From NCBI GenBank assembly GCA_964589745.1, contig CAZPUO010000001.1:1-42214 (forward strand): a stretch of DNA of 42,214 nt. The letters are read 5' to 3'. Positions 17,355 to 27,212 of this stretch are shown here, in pieces. How positions within the stretch are numbered: the stretch's first letter is position 1; the number at the start of each line of letters is the position of its first letter. Made by a program: the position numbers and the translations under genes. A model generated the notes under the pieces. The model was not told the DNA's origin, did no database searches, and saw only the letters and a list, made by a program, of their open reading frames with translations. This stretch comes from an uncultured Methanotrichaceae archaeon. Lineage in GTDB: Archaea; Halobacteriota; Methanosarcinia; Methanotrichales; Methanotrichaceae.

Positions 17355-17735
17355 GATAAAAATAATTCGATTGTAAAAGATCTGCCCTTTATAAAGAGGT
17401 CGGACTATGCGGCGATCATGGAATTGCATCAGTTGGTCGGCTCATGTCGTAGTGAAACTGATGCGTTAATTCTCTCTCCAAAAAGAAAAAAGAGCTAAGA
17501 GGAATCTCTGCCCATTGCCGCCCTGTCGGTTCTATAATAATAGCGGTATTCTTGCTGTTCGCAGGCTTAAGACGTCTCTGTTTTTTTAGTTCGTTACTTT
17601 TCTTACTGGTGGCTCACAGTTTTGAATAAGTGAACTCATAAGATCAATGCTTCAGGAGATAATTAGGCTTGACTTTATAGATATTCTACGATGCATTCGC
17701 AGGATTTGAGGTCATCAGATCCTAAAAAATTGAAA

Positions 17736-17807
17736 TGGACTTGACGGGATTCGAACCCGTGGCCTCCGCCTTGCGAAGGCGGCGATCTACCACTGATCTA
17801 CAAGCCC
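17736..17807 (-). tRNA. tRNA-Ala (anticodon CGC), no intron, CCA not encoded
   Basis: GGGCTTG TA GATC AGTGGTA GATC G CCGCC TTCGCAA GGCGG AGGCC ACGGG TTCGAAT CCCGT CAAGTCC A: full cloverleaf with G3:U70; followed by oligo-T. Confidence 0.97.
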
Positions 17808-17838
17808 TGGCTGTTGCCTTCAAAAAACAAAGTGAGGT

Positions 17839-18108
17839 TTAGAGGAGACCGACCTCTTCTACCTCTACGGACTCCACGCCCGGAAGCTCGACAAAAGCTG
17901 TCTCAATCTCGTCCGGACTGTGGCCACCCTTATCATTCATGATGGTTACAACTATCAATGCCTTCAGGCCAAAGGCGATGGGCATCTCCTCGACAGCGTG
18001 CAGCCTGGCAAAGGCCGGCACCGCTTTCTTGATCTCCTCTTTGAGCTTGACGAGGTCGATATCGGTGCTCTCGGGCATGATCTTCATTCTAACTGCGGCG
18101 TCTCCCAT
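17839..18108 (-). CDS. ef1b: archaeal translation elongation factor 1-beta
   Basis: [25 protein letters not shown]; follows a Zn-ribbon gene as is usual in archaea. Confidence 0.95.
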   Translation of the reverse strand: MGDAAVRMKIMPESTDIDLVKLKEEIKKAVPAFARLHAVEEMPIAFGLKALIVVTIMNDKGGHSPDEIETAFVELPGVESVEVEEVGLL

Positions 18109-18117
18109 ACCACTACC

Positions 18118-18288
18118 TCACGGACCCGAGAAACCACAGGCTTTGCAGGTATAAACGTTGCTCTGCTTTTTACAGCGGTTGCATCTGGCAATCACGGTGC
18201 CGCAGCTGGGGCAGGGGAACCTCGTCCCGCCCACGCCGGTCAGCGTAATGCCACATGATATGCATCTCTCTGGCATTTCTTCCTTCAT
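18118..18288 (-). CDS. double Zn-ribbon protein (DUF1610/HVO_2753 family)
   Basis: [28 protein letters not shown]; start MKEEMP at 18288 after GAGGA. Confidence 0.92.
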   Translation of the reverse strand: MKEEMPERCISCGITLTGVGGTRFPCPSCGTVIARCNRCKKQSNVYTCKACGFSGP

Positions 18289-18423
18289 GTTATCTTCCTC
18301 TTGTTGATGTATATCCCTGTATAAACTTTCCCGTGGAGCAAAAGGTATGAGGGATGAGCAGCTTTCCATGGAGCCTCTTTAGCTCTTTTGAGTCTTTTCC
18401 CTTTTGGCTAAAAGCCTCTTCCC

Positions 18424-19050
18424 TTACTCTCCGTTTATTATCGTGCCGCCCTTTCCAATCTTCAGCGCCGATACGAAGCGATCCGGATCGCTGCCGTTCA
18501 AAACCCATACCCTTCTGCCCTTAAGGCGTCCCTGGAGAAGGATGAGGGTGCCCTGGTCGATGCAGCTCTCTTTTCCCAGCAACGAACTCGCTGATACCTC
18601 TTCAACCACCATTCCCGCCAGGATCACGCCATCCACATTCGTGGCCTTGATTTGCGGCGCATTGAGCCGCATGGCCACCAGCGCCGCCACAGCGTCAGAG
18701 GTGTAGTCCCAGCTGTGCATAAGTCCGAAGTCGTCCTTCTGCAGAGCTTGATAGGGTAAGAGAATCTCGACTCCGCATCGAGGGCGCTGGATTTCCCTGG
18801 TGATCCGCGTTCCTGTGCCGTCCGCTAGAAAAAGACCATACTGCTCCATGGCCAGGATGGACATCCAGTGCGCAGCCTCCTGGGAGATCTCATACCGCGA
18901 GAAGAGTTCCCGGATCAGATCGGCCATAGGCCCTCCGCCCGGCACCACCAGGATGCTGTAGCCATCCTCAGCCAGGCCGCAGAGGGCGCGCATGAGATCC
19001 CTGGCAGATGCCATGAGGCTTCCGCCTAGCTTGAGAACGTAAAAGGGCAT
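18424..19050 (-). CDS. amino-acid-kinase family protein, MfnE-like (methanofuran biosynthesis)
   Basis: VLKLGGS, VPGGGPMAD, AHWMSILAMEQYG, HSWDYTSD, KATNVDG. Confidence 0.8.
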   Translation of the reverse strand: MPFYVLKLGGSLMASARDLMRALCGLAEDGYSILVVPGGGPMADLIRELFSRYEISQEAAHWMSILAMEQYGLFLADGTGTRITREIQRPRCGVEILLPYQALQKDDFGLMHSWDYTSDAVAALVAMRLNAPQIKATNVDGVILAGMVVEEVSASSLLGKESCIDQGTLILLQGRLKGRRVWVLNGSDPDRFVSALKIGKGGTIINGE

Positions 19051-19084
19051 AGATCAGAGTAATCATATCCCGTATTTTAGGATC

Positions 19085-19130
19085 ATCGTAGGATAGAATT
19101 ATCGTAGGATAGAATTATCGTAGGATAGAA
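19085..19130. repeat. 16-bp tandem repeat, ~2.9 copies (ATCGTAGGATAGAATT)
   Basis: Copies at 19085, 19101 and 19117 (last one 14 of 16 bp). Confidence 0.92.
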
Positions 19131-19202
19131 AGACGAGAATAATGGCGAGGATAATGATGGAAAAGCGTTAATCTTGGGATGGCAGAATAAATAAAAGATA
19201 GC

Positions 19203-19254
19203 CAAAGGTCGATTGGATGTAGGGTAGGAGGGATGTTCAGCTAATCGACCTTTG
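19203..19254. repeat. 12-bp perfect inverted repeat with 28-nt spacer in a divergent promoter region
   Basis: CAAAGGTCGATT (19203-19214) and AATCGACCTTTG (19243-19254). Confidence 0.8.
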
Positions 19255-19310
19255 CCGTAAACCCTTCCGACCTTGGTCGTAGATAAGCCTTTCGGTTTCA
19301 GGTAACAAGC

Positions 19311-19751
19311 ATGAGAACTCCTCTTCTTACGGTGGATGCGGTTATATTCTTCCAAGAAGGAATTGTGCTCATAAGGCGGAACAACCCGCCCTACCAGGGA
19401 TGCTACGCCCTGCCTGGGGGCTTTGTGGAAGTTGGGGAGACGGTCGAGGATGCAGTTCGCAGGGAAGCAAAGGAGGAGACGGGCCTTGAGATCGAACTCC
19501 TGGGCCTGATCGGCATCTACTCTGATCCCGGTCGCGATCCGAGGGGGCATGTGGTCTCTGCTGCCTTTCTGGCCAGGGGACGAGGCGATCTTGTGTCCGG
19601 CTCGGACGCCAGATCTGCAGAGGTATTCCCTCCTCAGAGCCTGCCGCCTCTTGCCTTCGATCACGATAAAATAATAAGTGATGCCTTGGCCTGCAAAATA
19701 TTCGAGGCTAATCAATTAAATTCAAAGCACAATCAAATTAAAGTAGAGTGA
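19311..19751 (+). CDS. Nudix hydrolase (ADP-ribose pyrophosphatase-like)
   Basis: Nudix box GGFVEVGETVEDAVRREAKEETGL; RDPR and LAFDH motifs. Confidence 0.93.
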   Translation: MRTPLLTVDAVIFFQEGIVLIRRNNPPYQGCYALPGGFVEVGETVEDAVRREAKEETGLEIELLGLIGIYSDPGRDPRGHVVSAAFLARGRGDLVSGSDARSAEVFPPQSLPPLAFDHDKIISDALACKIFEANQLNSKHNQIKVE

Positions 19752-19834
19752 TATGGAATTAGCTCTTCTAGCCTGATCAAAAGAACGACGGAATCAGCTT
19801 CGTCCGTCGTTGTGGCGAGCCTTAGGAGATTTTC

Positions 19835-21514
19835 ATGGCAAATATCAGAGAGCTCATCGAGAAGTATGCGCTGCAGAACGCGGTGAAGTACAAGGCTGCT
19901 CCTAATGCCGGGGCGGTCATGGGTAAGCTCATGGGCGAGCATCCCGAGCTTCGCGCCCAGGCGAAGGAAGTATCCCCCCTGGTAAAAGAGGTTCTGGCCG
20001 AGGTGGAGAAGACCAGCCCTGAGGAGTGGCAGCAACGGCTAGCAGCCATGGCGCCTGAGCTTCTGGAGGAGCTCTCGGAGAGAAAGGAGCCGGATAAGGG
20101 GCTGCCGCCCCTGGAAGACGCAGAGAAAGGCGTGGTGATGCGCTTCGCGCCCAATCCCAACGGGCCGCCCACTCTCGGCAGCGCCCGGGGAATCATTGTC
20201 AACTCTGAGTATGTTAAAAGGTATGGTGGCAAGTTCATCATCCGCTTCGACGATACAGATCCTGTGAAGAAGCGGCCCATGCCCGAGGCCTACGGCTGGT
20301 ATCTGGAGGACTGCGAGTGGCTTGGTGCCAGACCAGACGAAGTCATCACTGCCAGTGAGAGGATAGACCTGTATTATCCGATAGCAGAGGAACTGATTCT
20401 CAGGGGCGGGGCCTACGTTTGCGGCTGCCCACAGGCGGTCTTCAAGGAGCACAAGGACAAGGGCGTGGCTTGCAGCCACAGAGAGCAGAGCGTGGCGCAG
20501 AACCTGGAACTATGGAGGCAGATGCTTGACGGGCGGCTGGCGGAGGGCGAAGCGGTTTTGCGGGTCAAGACCAACATGTCCCACAAGGACCCCGCCATTC
20601 GCGACTGGCCTGCCTTCAGGATAGTAACCGCACCTCATCCGCTAGTGGGAGACAGATACCGCGTCTGGCCATTGCTCGACTTCGAGTCGGCGGTAGAGGA
20701 CCACCTGCTGGGGACAACTCACATCCTGCGAGGCAAGGACCTGACCGACAGCGGAAGCAGGCAGAGGTATCTCTATTCGCACCTGGGCTGGGAGTATCCG
20801 AGGGTCATCCACTGGGGCAGAATCAAGATCCATCAGTTCGGCTCTTTCAGCACCAGCAAGCTGCGCAAGGCCATAGAGGCCGGCGAGTACACGGGTTGGG
20901 ACGATCCGCGCGTTCCGACGGTGCGGGCCATGCGCTGCCGAGGGATTAGGCCCGAGGCGTTGCGTAAGTTTATGATCGACCTGGGCGTGGGCGAGACGGA
21001 CATCAGCATCAGCATGGATTCAATCTATGCCGAGAACCGCAAGCTCATCGATCCGGAGGCGAACCGGTACTTCTTCGTCTGGGATCCGGTAAATCTAGAG
21101 ATCGAAGGCGATGTGCCAGCTTTAGCCCGCGCGCCGCTGCATCCCACCATAGATCGCGGCTTCAGAGAGATACCGGCAGGAAATAATATATTCATCTGCA
21201 GGAGCGACCTGGAGAGCCTGAAGCCGGGAGACAGTATCCGTCTTAAGGATCTCTGCAATGTGGAGATTTTGAGTTTGGAGCCGGCATTGGCCCGGTTCGC
21301 CGGCAAAGCGGTCGAAAAGAAGATGAAGATAATTCACTGGGCACCCCAAAACGGGCTCGCGATCAGGGTGATGAAGCCCGACGGAGTCGATGAGGGCGTG
21401 GGAGAGGCAGGGATCGCAAGAGAGCTGAGCCGAGTGGTTCAGTTCGAACGCTATGGCTTTGTGCGCATCAATCGGCTAGGCACGCCGATTGTGGCCTACT
21501 TTGCCCACCGCTAA
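19835..21514 (+). CDS. gltX: glutamyl-tRNA synthetase (archaeal type)
   Basis: MRFAPNPNGP, RFDDTDP, THILRGKD, GWDDPR, VQFERYGF. Confidence 0.97.
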   Translation: MANIRELIEKYALQNAVKYKAAPNAGAVMGKLMGEHPELRAQAKEVSPLVKEVLAEVEKTSPEEWQQRLAAMAPELLEELSERKEPDKGLPPLEDAEKGVVMRFAPNPNGPPTLGSARGIIVNSEYVKRYGGKFIIRFDDTDPVKKRPMPEAYGWYLEDCEWLGARPDEVITASERIDLYYPIAEELILRGGAYVCGCPQAVFKEHKDKGVACSHREQSVAQNLELWRQMLDGRLAEGEAVLRVKTNMSHKDPAIRDWPAFRIVTAPHPLVGDRYRVWPLLDFESAVEDHLLGTTHILRGKDLTDSGSRQRYLYSHLGWEYPRVIHWGRIKIHQFGSFSTSKLRKAIEAGEYTGWDDPRVPTVRAMRCRGIRPEALRKFMIDLGVGETDISISMDSIYAENRKLIDPEANRYFFVWDPVNLEIEGDVPALARAPLHPTIDRGFREIPAGNNIFICRSDLESLKPGDSIRLKDLCNVEILSLEPALARFAGKAVEKKMKIIHWAPQNGLAIRVMKPDGVDEGVGEAGIARELSRVVQFERYGFVRINRLGTPIVAYFAHR

Positions 21515-21523
21515 GCCATAAAA

Positions 21524-22351
21524 TCAAATCTGCAGATTCATTCGCTGCTGCAGGCCTGCCGCCAGAAAAGCCAGCAGGGCAGTTGCCATCCCAATTTTCA
21601 GCGCCCGCTGCGACCCTGCTGCATCTCCTTTAGCGATTTTTATCAATGAGTAAATAAAGAAGAGATCCGCTGCAGAAACTATTATGAGATAGTCTTTCCC
21701 GAAAGGCGCAAAGTAGCTGAGCACCACTGCTGCCAGGGCGAAAGCCGCTGCCAGGGCCGCAGAAAACTTTTCTCCGGCAAGGATGGGAAGGGTCCTGGCG
21801 CCCCCGAGGCGATCTCCCTCCATGTCCTCCACATCCTTCATGATCTCCCGGCTCATGGTGGCCAAAAAGGAGAGCAGAAAAGGTATGAGGTTGGCTTGCA
21901 GGCCAGCCAGTCCCGCGGCCGTGCCTCCGAAGAGAAAGGCAGAGCCAATTAGGAAGGCGACGCATACGTTTCCTGCCAAGGGCATGGCCTTGAAGCTTCT
22001 GGCATAAAGAAATAAAAGGACGGAGTTGAGGACAGCCATGGCCAGACAGAGCTGGTTCACCAGGCCCGCCAGGAGGCAGCCTGCGACAAACAGGATCAAT
22101 GCATAATAAAAGGCTCTTATCGGACTGATACGTTTGCTCGGTATGGGCCGCCGCGGTCTATTAACCGCATCGATTTCTCGGTCATAGTAATCGTTGACGG
22201 CATTGCCTGCGCCCGTGATCAGGAAGACTGCCAGAAAGACGCTGACCGCAACTGTAGGATCGAACCTTCCTGCCAGGAGAAGCCCGATGACAGCGGCAGC
22301 CCCGCCCATAGCGCAGTTGAACGGGCGCAAAATTTCCAGCAATACCTTCAA
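21524..22351 (-). CDS. digeranylgeranylglyceryl phosphate synthase (UbiA prenyltransferase)
   Basis: LRPFN, NDYYDREIDAVNRPRRPIPS, REIMKDVEDMEGD, TLP; multiple TM segments. Confidence 0.92.
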   Translation of the reverse strand: MKVLLEILRPFNCAMGGAAAVIGLLLAGRFDPTVAVSVFLAVFLITGAGNAVNDYYDREIDAVNRPRRPIPSKRISPIRAFYYALILFVAGCLLAGLVNQLCLAMAVLNSVLLFLYARSFKAMPLAGNVCVAFLIGSAFLFGGTAAGLAGLQANLIPFLLSFLATMSREIMKDVEDMEGDRLGGARTLPILAGEKFSAALAAAFALAAVVLSYFAPFGKDYLIIVSAADLFFIYSLIKIAKGDAAGSQRALKIGMATALLAFLAAGLQQRMNLQI

Positions 22352-22372
22352 TGCCGAAATCCCCTGCGGCCC

Positions 22373-22690
22373 TCAGTGAGATATGCCGCGTGTCAGAAAT
22401 AGCAGATAGATCTCAGTTAAGTAACTGTCGATGTGGCGGCAGGAATTTCTACCGGAAGGTCGGGCAAGCCTTATCAGGTAGGTGCTGCTGGAGGGGATTC
22501 TCTCTCTGTGGATGAGGCCGGCGGTCTCCATCCTGGAAACCACCTTTGAGCACTTGCTGCTATTGATGCAGAGGAGCCGCCATAGCTCCGACTGACGCAG
22601 GCCGTCGGACCTTGAGCTAATGAGATCAAGCGCTCTCTCCTGCAGGGCGGAGAGGCCGTTTGCCGGGGCAGCATTCATTCTTCCAGACAT
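22373..22690 (-). CDS. winged-helix transcriptional regulator (MarR/Lrp-like)
   Basis: ALDLISSRSDGLRQSELWRLLCINSSKCSKVVSRMETAGLIHRE; start uncertain (ATG 22690 chosen). Confidence 0.7.
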   Translation of the reverse strand: MSGRMNAAPANGLSALQERALDLISSRSDGLRQSELWRLLCINSSKCSKVVSRMETAGLIHRERIPSSSTYLIRLARPSGRNSCRHIDSYLTEIYLLFLTRGISH

Positions 22691-22976
22691 TGTGACCACA
22701 AGACCCGTGTCAAAACTTAATTTATTTTGATGTACTGTCATGATGTTTAATGATATAAATCTTTTTTGCAAGGATACCGCTTTTTGTTCTAAAATATTTG
22801 AAAAATATCTTTGAAGATAAACAAAAATACCAAAACCACAAGTTAATAATTAAGATATTTTACGCACAATATACATCCTCGAACGGAGGAGAAATAGCTT
22901 CAAGGACGTGCAAACTAATTCAATTATAGTCCAAATCGAAGCTCTGCTCTGGTAATGACGATAAACTTCTGGCTTT

Positions 22977-23792
22977 TTACTCTTTTTCTGAGGCTGGGAA
23001 TTTGGCGCGAATCTCCTTGCTTTGCAGCAGGGGCAAGCCCACTTCTTCGAGAATTCCCAGGATCCTCTTTTTATCAGCGGACCGGAAGGACTTGCGGTCG
23101 AGGTAAGCGAAGCTGGCGCCGGACTTGCGGCATGCATCCTCCACCAATTTTGCATCCAAGGATCCAACCTGGTAGCTGGAGAAGAGATGCCCGAAGGCGA
23201 CCTCGGTCTCGAGCATGAGATCGGTTTGTCTCTGCACATAATGACCGCCCCCGAAGCCCAAGGCGACAGGATGCTCTTTTATCTCCAGGGAGAGAATGGC
23301 CCTGGCTACGGCCTCACCTGCGCGCGGATCACGCCATAGGGGCTCGCTGCTCCCGATCTCCGCAAAGAATGAGGGCGTCTTCATGTCGGTCGGCCCGTGA
23401 TGAGTGGCCTCGGCCGATATTCTGAAACCTTCCGGCGCCAGCTTTCTTATGTTGTGCAAGAAAGACCAGAGGCCCGCAGGGGCTGCCACAGAAAGCTCTC
23501 GCTCGCTGTTTTCGAAAATGCCAGTAAAATGACCCCCCAACCAGGGCAGGCCCGACTTGGACACGTGCCTGCTGGCGAATACAACCATCTTGGGACGCAG
23601 CCCAAGGTCTTTTAGTTGGGTATCAAAACCTTGCAGTGCGGTCTGCTTTTCCTCGTGAATCACCAGGGCCCTGGTGCCTGAGGACCTGTAGCCCTCCCGG
23701 TCCTTCCAAGCTTCCAGCTCCAACAGGCGTTCGGCGATGTTAAGGCTTGCCGGATCTGCCCGAGAGCAAATTATGGCAACCTCATCACTCAT
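22977..23792 (-). CDS. dtdA: archaeal D-aminoacyl-tRNA deacylase
   Basis: DPASLNI, VFASRH, EATHHGPT, AEIGSS, GFGGGHY, AFGH. Confidence 0.93.
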   Translation of the reverse strand: MSDEVAIICSRADPASLNIAERLLELEAWKDREGYRSSGTRALVIHEEKQTALQGFDTQLKDLGLRPKMVVFASRHVSKSGLPWLGGHFTGIFENSERELSVAAPAGLWSFLHNIRKLAPEGFRISAEATHHGPTDMKTPSFFAEIGSSEPLWRDPRAGEAVARAILSLEIKEHPVALGFGGGHYVQRQTDLMLETEVAFGHLFSSYQVGSLDAKLVEDACRKSGASFAYLDRKSFRSADKKRILGILEEVGLPLLQSKEIRAKFPASEKE

Positions 23793-24865
23793 ATCTCCTT
23801 GCCCACTTCCAGCATCTTGGCCACCATGGGCGCGTAATCTATCTTGGTGGCCTTGATTTCGGAGAGGGGCATGATGACGAGCAGGGGCAGCAGGGGCCGC
23901 TCTGTGATGAGGCCCTCCATGGAGAGGGTGCGGAGTTCTCCATCCATGCGGCTCTTCAGCTCCGGATAGCCCGTGGACAGAAATGCACCGAAGATCTCTC
24001 CTGGCTGCAGATAGCTGAACAGAGGCGCTCCTATCTTCCGGAAGGCCTGGTAGACCTTGGACAGATCCTCGCGATCATGACCGTGTCTGATGCGAACGTG
24101 ATAAAAGGACATCAGCTCGCAGCAGATCTTCTGCCAATCTATGTACGCCTCACGAGTCAGAAGACCGGTCTGGAAGAACTTGGTGCGCTTTCCAGAGATG
24201 GTGGGTCGTGAGATGCCCGTCCTCCTGGAAAGCTCCAGATCAGAGAGCATGGGATACTTTACGAAAGCGTAAAGCGTCAGCTTGTCCTTCTCCGTGAGCC
24301 GTGATTCATCAGTCAGAGCAGGCCGAGGTGATAGCATCTCATCGGGAAGATCGGTTCTGGTGAGCTCAAAGAGGCTGTTCACGGCCAAGGCAGCGTCTGC
24401 CGAGTAGCTCGAAACATGGAAGGGATAGTGGAAGTAGTGAATGTCCTCCACGAAATCGTTCCGATAGTAATCATCTATGATGGGATCGAAGTTCACCCTG
24501 AAATCTGTCAGGCTCTTGGAATAGAATGTTGAGATGGAATCAGTGTCAGTGGAGGTATGAGATACGCAGTTGGGGTATTTGGTCCAATCCTCAAAGGATT
24601 TGGACCCTTTTCTTACCTCAAAGGGCGCAGTCGGCTTATACCTGACGAAGACAGACGTCAGGATTTCGGCGCCTACCGCTTCTCCCGAAGGAACGTTCAG
24701 CAGTTTGATCAGCTTCCAGTCTCTGAACTTTCGTTTACTCTTGAATATCGTTGATCGATCTACGCCTATGTTTGAAGCGAGATCTATATCGCTAAATCCC
24801 GGATATCTGGCAAGACCGTAAAGAACTAACCTCTCCTTTGATGTTAATTTTAGCTGCATTCGCAT
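23789..24865 (-). CDS. tandem-duplicated wHTH/Lrp-like regulator
   Basis: Two homologous HTH halves: LTSKERLVLYGLARYPGFSDIDLASNIGVDRSTI and LTEKDKLTLYAFVKYPMLSDLELSRRTGISRPTI; ATGA overlap with dtdA. Confidence 0.8.
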   Translation of the reverse strand: MRMQLKLTSKERLVLYGLARYPGFSDIDLASNIGVDRSTIFKSKRKFRDWKLIKLLNVPSGEAVGAEILTSVFVRYKPTAPFEVRKGSKSFEDWTKYPNCVSHTSTDTDSISTFYSKSLTDFRVNFDPIIDDYYRNDFVEDIHYFHYPFHVSSYSADAALAVNSLFELTRTDLPDEMLSPRPALTDESRLTEKDKLTLYAFVKYPMLSDLELSRRTGISRPTISGKRTKFFQTGLLTREAYIDWQKICCELMSFYHVRIRHGHDREDLSKVYQAFRKIGAPLFSYLQPGEIFGAFLSTGYPELKSRMDGELRTLSMEGLITERPLLPLLVIMPLSEIKATKIDYAPMVAKMLEVGKEI

Positions 24866-25012
24866 AACATATACTTTTTTTAAGTATTTATAGGTTGCTT
24901 AAACTTAGATTTCTCAATATAGCAGTCCTGCATATACAAGAGATCGAAAGAACAATTTTGCCAGATTTCATTTTGTCAGGCCATAGGTTGCACTCTGCCT
25001 TCAAATGCCTGC

Positions 25013-25573
25013 TTAGGCTGGAAGTTGAATGTATTTTCTTTTTTGGATAGAGAAAGGAAGATCGTGTCCCGGAACTACCACATCCGCAAGGGAAACTATC
25101 TTCGCCATGCTGGCCACCGCCAAGGCTCGATCAACATGCAAGGCCGGAGGCACATTTTTTTGGAAGTTTCCAAAAGTAGGAAGAGCATCGCCTGCTATCA
25201 CTACGGTCTCAAAGTTTTCGACGACAACGGAGACGCTATCTGGGCTGTGGCCAGGCGTCTCCATAGCAAAAACGCCTGGGGCGATCGTCTCCCCCTCTTT
25301 TGGTGAAAGAATCTTGGCCTTGGGGAAAATATGGTTGTTCCCGCAGTGGTCGGGATGAGAATGGGTGTTCACAACGGTGTCGATCTCGTCCGACCGGAGG
25401 CCGAGCCGGGCCAAGGCCCTCAATATCTGCGTCTCTTCGCCTTTCAGGCCGGTGTCCACTACCACCTTTCTTGTGCCGGAGATGATCAGCGCCACCGAAG
25501 ACCGGGCATCCAGGATCTTGCCTGACTCGTCTTTCTGGATCGAGCCGGGCTTGAGGAGATAGACTTCGGGCAT
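25013..25573 (-). CDS. MBL-fold metallo-hydrolase
   Basis: VDTG, THSHPDH, TPGHS, AGDA, VPGH. Confidence 0.92.
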   Translation of the reverse strand: MPEVYLLKPGSIQKDESGKILDARSSVALIISGTRKVVVDTGLKGEETQILRALARLGLRSDEIDTVVNTHSHPDHCGNNHIFPKAKILSPKEGETIAPGVFAMETPGHSPDSVSVVVENFETVVIAGDALPTFGNFQKNVPPALHVDRALAVASMAKIVSLADVVVPGHDLPFSIQKRKYIQLPA

Positions 25574-25641
25574 AAATGAAATCGTGGGGTGACTTCACAG
25601 ATATGTTGTTCTTCCCGTTCAGCACATTTCCTGGGCCAATT

Positions 25642-26985
25642 TCAAGCAAGATAGAGCTTCTGCAGCTTCTCATTCAGCCGCTCTACCTGCTGCACGGCGG
25701 TGCCGATGTACTGATGAGGGTCCAGCAGGGCTCTGATCTCCGCCTCAGAGAGAATGCCGGTTACGATCTTGTTCTCAAGAAGAACGTCTGCCAGCTCCCG
25801 CTTCTCCTCAAACGCCAGCATGGCACTCTGGCGCATGATCTCGTGCGCCTGCTGACGGCCGACTCCCTTTTTGGCCAGCTCCACCATCACGTTCTCGGCC
25901 ATGTTCAGGCCGTGCAGAAGAGTGAGATTCTTCTCGATGTTATCCGGCCGCAGCCGGAGGTTGGCAAGCGTGCGTGTAGCCAGGGTGAGGAGGTGGTCGG
26001 TGAAGATGAAGGCCTCGGGGAAGATGACGCGCTCGCAGCTGCTGTTGGTTAAATCGCGCTCATCCCAGTGGGGGATGTTCTCGAAGGCAGGCAGCACTTG
26101 AGCACGCACCACACGGGACAGGCCGCAGATCTGCTCTGACTTGATGGGATTTCGCTTGTGAGGCATGGTGGACGAGCCGACCTGCTTTCGGCCGAAGCCC
26201 TCCTCCACCTCGGCGATCTCCGTGCGCTGCAGGGATCGCATCTCCACGAAAATTTTGTCCAGCGTTGAGGCCACCAGCGCCATCCAACAGACCAGTTCTG
26301 CGTGTCGATCGCGCTGCACCACCTGGTTGGAAACGTCCACCTCGACGAGCCCCAGATGCTTCATGACGCGGCTCTGCAGCTCCATGCCCTGCGGCCCGTA
26401 GGCAGCCTGCGTTCCCACGGCCCCGCTCATCTTTCCGACGGCAGCGCGGGGCCGAAGCTGCACCAAACGCTCGATGTGGCGCGCGATCTCTGACGCCCAG
26501 ATGGCGAAGCGCAATCCATAAGTCGTCGGCACAGCGATCTGGCCGTGCGTCCTGCCTGCGCAAACCAGACTTTTGTTTTTCACGGCCAGGTCCAGGAGCA
26601 ATGCCAGAAGCTTCTTTAATTTCGGCTCCAGCACCTCCAGAGAGGCCTTGATCTGCAGACCGGTGGCCGTGTCCAGGATGTCGTTGGAGGTCGCGCCCAG
26701 GTGTATCCATTCTCCCGATCGCGGGCAGACTTCGGCCATAGCCAGCACCACGGCCATCATATCGTGGCCGATCTCGTCCTCGATCTGCTTGGCGCGCACT
26801 GGACTGGCCGCTTCTGCGGCTTCGGCGATCTCCGCGGCGGCTCCTTTGGAAATCATGCCCAGCTCCTCCTCGGCCAGGGCGAGAGCGGCCTCCACACGGA
26901 ATAGGCAGCGCAACCTGAAGTCCTCTTCCCAGATAGCCTTCATTTCCTTGGTGCCGTACCTGAACTCGATGGGATGAATAGCCAT
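25642..26985 (-). CDS. purB: adenylosuccinate lyase
   Basis: IHLGATSND, GRTHGQ, SGAVGT, signature GSSTMPHKRNP; start MAIHPIEFRYG at 26985. Confidence 0.96.
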   Translation of the reverse strand: MAIHPIEFRYGTKEMKAIWEEDFRLRCLFRVEAALALAEEELGMISKGAAAEIAEAAEAASPVRAKQIEDEIGHDMMAVVLAMAEVCPRSGEWIHLGATSNDILDTATGLQIKASLEVLEPKLKKLLALLLDLAVKNKSLVCAGRTHGQIAVPTTYGLRFAIWASEIARHIERLVQLRPRAAVGKMSGAVGTQAAYGPQGMELQSRVMKHLGLVEVDVSNQVVQRDRHAELVCWMALVASTLDKIFVEMRSLQRTEIAEVEEGFGRKQVGSSTMPHKRNPIKSEQICGLSRVVRAQVLPAFENIPHWDERDLTNSSCERVIFPEAFIFTDHLLTLATRTLANLRLRPDNIEKNLTLLHGLNMAENVMVELAKKGVGRQQAHEIMRQSAMLAFEEKRELADVLLENKIVTGILSEAEIRALLDPHQYIGTAVQQVERLNEKLQKLYLA

Positions 26986-27212
26986 GGCAGAAAGGATGGC
27001 TAGAGGGGTTGATGGAACTTTTGGTCCCTTGGGGAGCTGAGGTGTAGAGGGCCATTTTGGCGGCGAAGCCGATGGTCGTAGCCGCATCGAAACAAAACTG
27101 CGATACCAGGAACAATTCAGCCCTTTGTAAATAGGCCGGCTGGCATGATATTCTCTAAAAATATTTGAGCCGGTCAAGCTTTCTCGAAAAAGCGGTGCTT
27201 GATTTAAGTGCT

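Noticed and set aside
19083-19715. 210-aa minus-strand ORF
   Set aside because: Antisense to the Nudix gene and runs through tandem repeats; no recognisable motifs.
20140-20190. GltX HIGH motif reading TLGS
   Set aside because: To my knowledge a usual variant in Methanomicrobia GluRS, not a sign of inactivation.
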